A stretch of 32,000 bases of DNA from Pseudoalteromonas tetraodonis (lineage in GTDB: Bacteria > Pseudomonadota > Gammaproteobacteria > Enterobacterales > Alteromonadaceae): positions 1,650,001 through 1,682,000 of the forward strand of contig NZ_CP011041.1 in the NCBI RefSeq assembly GCF_002310835.1. Reading direction: 5' to 3'. A program made the position numbers and the translations under genes. Position 1 is the stretch's first letter, and each line of letters begins with the position of its first letter. Positions 27,648-32,000 of the stretch are shown here, piece by piece. Below the pieces are notes generated by a model, which saw only the letters and a program-made list of their open reading frames with translations, ran no database searches and had not been told where the DNA came from.

Positions 27648-27837
27648 CTTTAGGGTCTGTTGACCTTTGCGGATTAAAATCGCTCCTAGGCAGAACCCGA
27701 AGGGCAGCGCCTGTTTGGCATTGATGCTCCGTTATCGCCTATTTATGGGGAATAACCACACCACATAGGCTCTGCCTTGCCTAAACACCAAACAAACTGC
27801 TGCAAATTTAACCTTGAAAGGTCAACAGACCCTAGAG
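27648..27837 (+). repeat. 190-bp element bounded by perfect 18-bp inverted repeats (MITE-like element or structured 6S-like/leader RNA)
   Basis: TAGGGTCTGTTGACCTTT at 27651-27668 is the exact reverse complement of 27817-27834; the pairing extends to 21 bp with one G:T. An inner 10-bp pairing links 27688-27697 with 27768-27777 (one mismatch). The element ends 24 nt before the msrAB ATG. Confidence 0.6.
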
Positions 27838-27861
27838 TAACTAAAACTAAGAGGTCATCGT

Positions 27862-29148
27862 ATGTTTAAGCGGGTAATACTATCGGCGTTTGCCATTGTG
27901 GGCTTACTAAGTGCAATGAGTGCTATATCGTCAGATGAAATAATCAAACCAACTGATTTAGATGCAACCATGCATGTTGAAAAAATAGTGCTGGGTTCGG
28001 GCTGTTTTTGGGGTGCAGAAAAACGCTACGAAGCACTTAATGGTGTGTTAGACGCTGAATCGGGTTACGCCGATGGCCGGGGGTTTAAGCCAACCTATAG
28101 AAATATCACTAAGTTATCCCGTCGCTTTGATGAAGATAATTACGCCGAAGTGGTGCAGGTTACTTTTAATAGTAATATTATTTCAGCAAGAGAGTTGTTG
28201 CAAAATTACTATGAGAGCCACGATCCAACGCAAAAGAATCGTCAAGGTAATGATGTAGGCACGCAATATCGCTCTATTATTTTAACCACTACCGATCAGC
28301 AAGCGAGCATCGCAAAAGCGGTCACGAGTGAGTATCAGCAATTATTAAGTAAAGCCGATTATGGAAAAATAGTGACGCAAATAAAGCCACTTGAGCGCTT
28401 TTATTCGGCTGAAGAGTATCATCAAAATTACCTTGAAAAAAATCCAAACGGCTATTGCCCTGATCATTCAACCGGTGTTGTATTTACTCAAAGTGATAAA
28501 CCGAAGGTAGATAATACTGCATTATTAAATGGCAAACAGATTGTTATTTTAGACTCGCAAAGTTATTGCCCTTACTGCGAAAAGTTTAAAGCGGCCGTTG
28601 CCAATGATTATAAAGGCACAATTCCAATGACTTTCCGCCATGCTGATCAGCTTGATGGGTTAACGATTAAATCGGCGACATGGGCTACACCTACCATATT
28701 ATTTTTAGAAAATGGGGTTGAGGTCTATTCTCGCCAAGGCTACATGAACCCAGAGCAATTTTATAAAGCATTAGGTGCGTTTAAGCTTGGCAACAGTGAA
28801 GCTTATAAGGTGGCTTTTAATGCTAAAACCGACAGCCCTTACTGCAAAGAATATGCTATTTTTAAAAACACGCCCGATGGCATCTTTATTGATAAACTAA
28901 GCGGTGAGCCATTATTTGATACCCGCGATAGATTTAACTCAGGCACCGGTTGGCTTTCATTTACCCACCCAATAAAAGACAGTGTAACCCAACATGAAGA
29001 TAATAGCTGGGGAATGCAGCGCATTGAGCTTAAGTCTAAAAGTACCGGTATTCACTTAGGGCATTTATTTCCGGGTGAGGGGCCTAGAGGGCAAGATAGA
29101 TATTGTATTAATGCGACTGTTTTAGAATTTGTAGCCAGAAAACAGTAA
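27862..29148 (+). CDS. msrAB: Secreted trifunctional methionine sulfoxide reductase: MsrA - thioredoxin-like (CPYC) - MsrB
   Basis: This 428-aa protein has a signal peptide (aa 1-23). The MsrA domain carries GCFWG (Cys48) and GYCPDH. The Trx-fold domain carries CPYC (aa 236-239) and the cis-Pro motif ATPT. The MsrB domain carries GTGWLSF, HLGHLF and RYCIN (Cys415). An AAGAGG RBS precedes the gene. Confidence 0.9.
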   Translation: MFKRVILSAFAIVGLLSAMSAISSDEIIKPTDLDATMHVEKIVLGSGCFWGAEKRYEALNGVLDAESGYADGRGFKPTYRNITKLSRRFDEDNYAEVVQVTFNSNIISARELLQNYYESHDPTQKNRQGNDVGTQYRSIILTTTDQQASIAKAVTSEYQQLLSKADYGKIVTQIKPLERFYSAEEYHQNYLEKNPNGYCPDHSTGVVFTQSDKPKVDNTALLNGKQIVILDSQSYCPYCEKFKAAVANDYKGTIPMTFRHADQLDGLTIKSATWATPTILFLENGVEVYSRQGYMNPEQFYKALGAFKLGNSEAYKVAFNAKTDSPYCKEYAIFKNTPDGIFIDKLSGEPLFDTRDRFNSGTGWLSFTHPIKDSVTQHEDNSWGMQRIELKSKSTGIHLGHLFPGEGPRGQDRYCINATVLEFVARKQ

Positions 29149-29157
29149 ATTTTAAGC

Positions 29158-29207
29158 AAAAAAAAGCAGCGATGATTAAGTAGATACTTAACGGTCGCTG
29201 CATTTCA
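29158..29207. terminator. Compound hairpin after msrAB; the stronger terminator is on the minus strand
   Basis: GCAGCGA (29165-71) pairs with TCGCTGC (29194-200), with an inner stem TTAAGT/ACTTAA. It is preceded by A7, which is U7 on the minus strand, and followed only by ATTTCAATT on the plus strand. Confidence 0.7.
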
Positions 29208-29208
29208 A

Positions 29209-29238
29209 TTGACAACATCTTCACACACAATAAAGATT
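29209..29238. repeat. Copy 1 of an exact 30-nt repeat, TGACAACATCTTCACACACAATAAAGATTC
   Basis: Exact match to copies at 29347-29376 and 29458-29487. With the preceding T it reads TTGACA-N17-AAAGAT. Confidence 0.9.
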
Positions 29239-29292
29239 CGGGGGGTTGTATTAGTACAAAACTAACTCTGGCTTATTGTTGTTGATGAGAAT

Positions 29293-29378
29293 GAAAATAA
29301 AAACAACCCAAGCTCAGTCACCACCGGACTTGAGTTGTTTTTTACACTGACAACATCTTCACACACAATAAAGATTCT
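29293..29378. repeat. 86-bp tandem unit 2 (hairpin + 30-nt repeat); candidate small RNA
   Basis: 82 of 86 positions are identical to 29404-29489. The hairpin pairs 29301-29311 with 29328-29338 and is flanked by A-rich and T-rich runs. Confidence 0.85.
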
Positions 29379-29403
29379 TAAGTTTATTGGCGGGTGTAAG
29401 GGT

Positions 29404-29489
29404 AAAAATAAAAACAACTCAAGCTAAGTCACCACCGAACTTGAGCTGTTTTTTACACTGACAACATCTTCACACACAATAAAGATTCT
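29404..29489. repeat. 86-bp tandem unit 3 (hairpin + 30-nt repeat); candidate small RNA
   Basis: 82 of 86 positions are identical to unit 2. The hairpin pairs 29412-29422 with 29439-29449. Confidence 0.85.
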
Positions 29490-29673
29490 TTTTTACTAGC
29501 TCGTTGTTACAAACTAATGAAATCTGATTTTGGTAACACGTTTTATATTTTTTAGCGTGTTGCCGTTTGGTTGAGTTAACTTTAGAGCTTTTACTCAATT
29601 TCGACAAGCGATAAAAACAAAACTAATAAGTGAAAAAAACTAACTTATGGGGTTTTAGATTTTTTCAATAAAT

Positions 29674-29707
29674 AAAGCGCTGATAAATAAGCGCTTTTTT
29701 TGTTTTT
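29674..29707. terminator. Terminator hairpin downstream of the LysR gene, with a stronger T-tract on the plus strand
   Basis: The 8-bp stem is AAAGCGCT-GATAAATA-AGCGCTTT, followed by TTTTGTTTTT on the plus strand. The minus-strand tail is only ATTTATT. Confidence 0.65.
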
Positions 29708-29790
29708 CGGTAGGGGGATTTTAAAAATAAAAGTTGCACACTTTAAAATTAGCTAAAAAGCGCTCAACAAGGAGCCCTTAATTGAATGTG

Positions 29791-30678
29791 CTATTTAGTT
29801 TGCCTAAAGGTGTTAATCACCCATTTTGCAAACAAATCGAGAGGGTGATTAGCGGTACTTGAGCCATGCTGAACTAAATAATATTTGTCTTTTGTTGTTA
29901 GTGGTTGCTCAAACAGTTTGTAAAGCCATTGCTCATCCAGCCAGCTTTGGCTTATTGGTAAAGGAATAAGCGCGATGCCCATACCTTGCTGTGCAGCGCG
30001 TGCAACGCCAAACATACTATCTATTTGAATAATTTGTGCAGGGGAAAAGTCATCAATACCGACTTTTTCAGCCCATTGATGCCATGCCCAAGGCCGTGCT
30101 TTATGCACAATAAGCGGCACTTGATTGAGCGCCTGGCAGTGATCGTTTTGCCACTGATCGAGCAGCTTTTTATTACACGCTGGAATATATTCTAAATTAA
30201 ATAACTCAGTAGCCAGCCCATCAAGCGGTTTACTTGAAGATAAAATGATTGATAAATCACTTTGGCGAGTCAGCTCTTTGCGCGTTTTAAGGGTGTCCAT
30301 GTGTAAATTAATATTAGGATGCTCACTCGTCCACTCACTCAGTTTTGGCATTAGCAATTCACTGGCAAAAAACTCGGGCAGGGTAATGGTTAAATTTACA
30401 TTTTGTTGTAACTGACTAAATTCGGTAATGGTGCTTTCCAGCATATTTATAATGGGGTAAATCGCTTCAAAAAAGTTTTTTCCAGCTGGCGTTAAGCTTA
30501 TGGAACGGGTTTGCCTTTGAAATAAATCAATGCCCAGCTGCTCTTCTAGCTGCTTTATTTGATGGCTGACCGCCGATGGCGTTAAATACAGCTCTTTGGC
30601 GGCATGTTTAAAACTTAAGCTTTTTGCGGCAAAACAAAAAGAGCGAAGGCCGCGAATAGGTGTTTGCATGGTATCCAA
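29791..30678 (-). CDS. LysR-family transcriptional regulator (GcvA-like)
   Basis: This 295-aa protein has the N-terminal wHTH LRSFCFAAKSLSFKHAAKELYLTPSAVSHQIKQLEEQLG and a C-terminal substrate-binding domain. Confidence 0.9.
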   Translation of the reverse strand: MDTMQTPIRGLRSFCFAAKSLSFKHAAKELYLTPSAVSHQIKQLEEQLGIDLFQRQTRSISLTPAGKNFFEAIYPIINMLESTITEFSQLQQNVNLTITLPEFFASELLMPKLSEWTSEHPNINLHMDTLKTRKELTRQSDLSIILSSSKPLDGLATELFNLEYIPACNKKLLDQWQNDHCQALNQVPLIVHKARPWAWHQWAEKVGIDDFSPAQIIQIDSMFGVARAAQQGMGIALIPLPISQSWLDEQWLYKLFEQPLTTKDKYYLVQHGSSTANHPLDLFAKWVINTFRQTK

Positions 30679-30827
30679 TATAAAGTTATTTCAATCACCT
30701 TATTACAGGCAATTATTAAACCAAAAATAAAAGTTAACTATATCAGTTATTTAATTTTTTTATTAGGGCGAATTCACCTAAGTGGTGCGTTAAATTCTCA
30801 CTATAGTGCAAAAGCTAAAATAAAGGC

Positions 30828-30857
30828 AAAAAAAATCCCTCTTGCGAGGGATTTTGG
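30828..30857 (-). terminator. Rho-independent terminator after the CoA-transferase genes
   Basis: The minus strand reads AAAATCCCTC-GCAA-GAGGGATTTTTTT, about 60 nt after the stop at 30917. Confidence 0.8.
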
Positions 30858-30916
30858 GTAACTCAGCGCCATTGGCACTGGGAATGAGGTCGGTACAGGG
30901 TGAAATTGTGAGTAGT

Positions 30917-31573
30917 TTAAAACACCATCTCAGGAATATCACCGTCAACAAGCAATTTACCTGCCGTTTTACTAATAATTTCATCAACTGATACGCCTGG
31001 TGCGCGTTCTAGCAAATGAAATGCGCCGTCTTTAACTTCTAATACGGCTAAATCGGTTACTATTTTTTTAACACAGTTAACGCCCGTCAGCGGTAACGTA
31101 CAGCTTTCTAATAATTTAGAATCGCCGTGTTTACTGGCATGGGTCATAGTAACAATAATGTTTTTTGCACCAGCAACTAAATCCATTGCTCCGCCCATGC
31201 CTTTTATTAATTTTTTAGGGATCATCCATGAGGCTATAGACCCGTTTTGGTCTACCTCAAATGCGCCCAGAACCGTTAAGTCTACATGACCACCCCGTAT
31301 CATGGCAAAACTATCTGCACTATTAAATATAGCTGCACCGGTAGCTGCCGTCACGGTTTCTTTACCCGCGTTGATCATATCGGCATCTACAGTGTCTTTA
31401 GTTGGGTATTCACCCATACCTAATAGGCCATTTTCGGACTGTAGCATAACTTCTATGCCATCGGGTACATAGTTTGCGACGAGTGTCGGAATACCTATGC
31501 CTAAATTAACATAGTACCCATCTTGTAGCTCTTGAGCGACGCGCATTGCGACTTGTTCACGTGATAATGCCAT
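30917..31573 (-). CDS. 3-oxoacid CoA-transferase subunit B (ScoB/AtoA family)
   Basis: This 218-aa protein has the catalytic-Glu motif LQSENGLLG, and VNLGIGIPT is also present. It sits directly downstream of the subunit A gene. Confidence 0.92.
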   Translation of the reverse strand: MALSREQVAMRVAQELQDGYYVNLGIGIPTLVANYVPDGIEVMLQSENGLLGMGEYPTKDTVDADMINAGKETVTAATGAAIFNSADSFAMIRGGHVDLTVLGAFEVDQNGSIASWMIPKKLIKGMGGAMDLVAGAKNIIVTMTHASKHGDSKLLESCTLPLTGVNCVKKIVTDLAVLEVKDGAFHLLERAPGVSVDEIISKTAGKLLVDGDIPEMVF

Positions 31574-31588
31574 TTTAAGTGCTCCTGC

Positions 31589-31999
31589 TTAATCTCGTGT
31601 GGTAACACGTTCAATGCGTTTTTCAAAGTTGCCCTTGATCACGCGATTTACAAAAATGCCAGGGGTATGAATTTGACTTGGCTCTAGCTCACCGGGTTCA
31701 ACAATCTCTTCCACTTCGGCAACGGTAATTTTACCTGCGGTTGCGGCCATTGGATTAAAGTTCATTGCGGTATGGCGAAATACTAAATTACCGTAACGGT
31801 CTGCTTTCCATGCTTTTACAATGGCAAATTCGCCCGTGATTGACTCTTCTAAAATATAAGGGCGACCATTAAATTCTTTTACTTCTTTACCCTCAGCTAC
31901 TGGCGTACCGTAACCCGTGGCGGTATAAAAAGCAGGAATACCGGCACCACCAGCACGCATTTTTTCTGCTAGAGTCCCTTGCGGTGTTAGCTCTACATC
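31589..31999 (-). CDS. 3-oxoacid CoA-transferase subunit A (ScoA/AtoD family), N-terminus beyond the window
   Basis: The frame stays open to the window edge (...[26 protein letters not shown]...), which matches the C-terminal half of subunit A. Confidence 0.9.
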   Translation of the reverse strand, partial: DVELTPQGTLAEKMRAGGAGIPAFYTATGYGTPVAEGKEVKEFNGRPYILEESITGEFAIVKAWKADRYGNLVFRHTAMNFNPMAATAGKITVAEVEEIVEPGELEPSQIHTPGIFVNRVIKGNFEKRIERVTTRD

Positions 32000-32000
32000 A

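Noticed and set aside
29284-29349. A small ORF inside repeat unit 2 (MRMKIKTTQAQSPPDLSCFLH, 21 aa), with a TTG-initiated counterpart in unit 3. Two of the four inter-unit differences are synonymous in this frame.
   Set aside because: No SD precedes either start, and unit 3 lacks an ATG. The peptide is neither hydrophobic nor toxin-like, and the ORF coincides exactly with a terminator hairpin. Four substitutions are too few to infer purifying selection. I keep it only as a low-probability alternative to the sRNA interpretation.
29209-29487. Interpreting the three 30-nt repeats as a mini-CRISPR array.
   Set aside because: There are only three copies with unequal spacing (138 and 111 bp). The 'spacers' of units 2 and 3 are themselves 95% identical duplicates containing terminator hairpins. 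The repeat is not palindromic in the CRISPR manner, and no cas genes are nearby.
30871-30890. A TGGCAC hexamer (a sigma54 -24-like element) downstream of the CoA-transferase genes.
   Set aside because: The sequence 5 nt downstream is ATGAG, with no GC -12 element. On the plus strand there is no downstream gene for it to drive.

Overview
This window looks like core chromosome from a marine gammaproteobacterium of roughly 40% GC. Gene order and protein sequences resemble Alteromonadales/Pseudoalteromonas, but that taxon call is inference only. I support 26 protein genes, nearly all housekeeping. On the plus strand: gyrA (5'-truncated), serC-aroA, cmk-rpsA-ihfB-lapA-lapB-pyrF and an orphan Cys-rich membrane protein. 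Next come a DEAD-box helicase translationally coupled to a CvfB/YitL-type S1 protein (minus), trhO, and a glycine-zipper lipoprotein. After these are an RND adaptor and pump pair, and a cNMP/CBS/DUF294 nucleotidyltransferase coupled to a DnaQ-like exonuclease. The rest are a BCCT transporter, asnB, pxpB-pxpC, a secreted MsrA-Trx(CPYC)-MsrB fusion, a GcvA-like LysR regulator, and CoA-transferase subunits B and A (A truncated by the window edge). I found no rRNA, tRNA, CRISPR array, transposase, integrase or obvious defence island. The unexplained structure is all intergenic. (1) The 640-bp gap between the convergent msrAB and LysR genes holds three exact copies of a 30-nt motif, each beside a terminator-type hairpin; this is a candidate tandem small-RNA cluster, strand unresolved. 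(2) A 187-190 bp element bounded by perfect 18-bp inverted repeats sits directly upstream of msrAB; it could be a MITE or a structured, 6S-like or leader RNA. (3) Three NtrC-consensus-like TGCACCA palindromes lie upstream of asnB. (4) A perfect 15-bp-arm palindrome lies between the RND pump and the DUF294 gene. None of this can be confirmed without searches or expression data.
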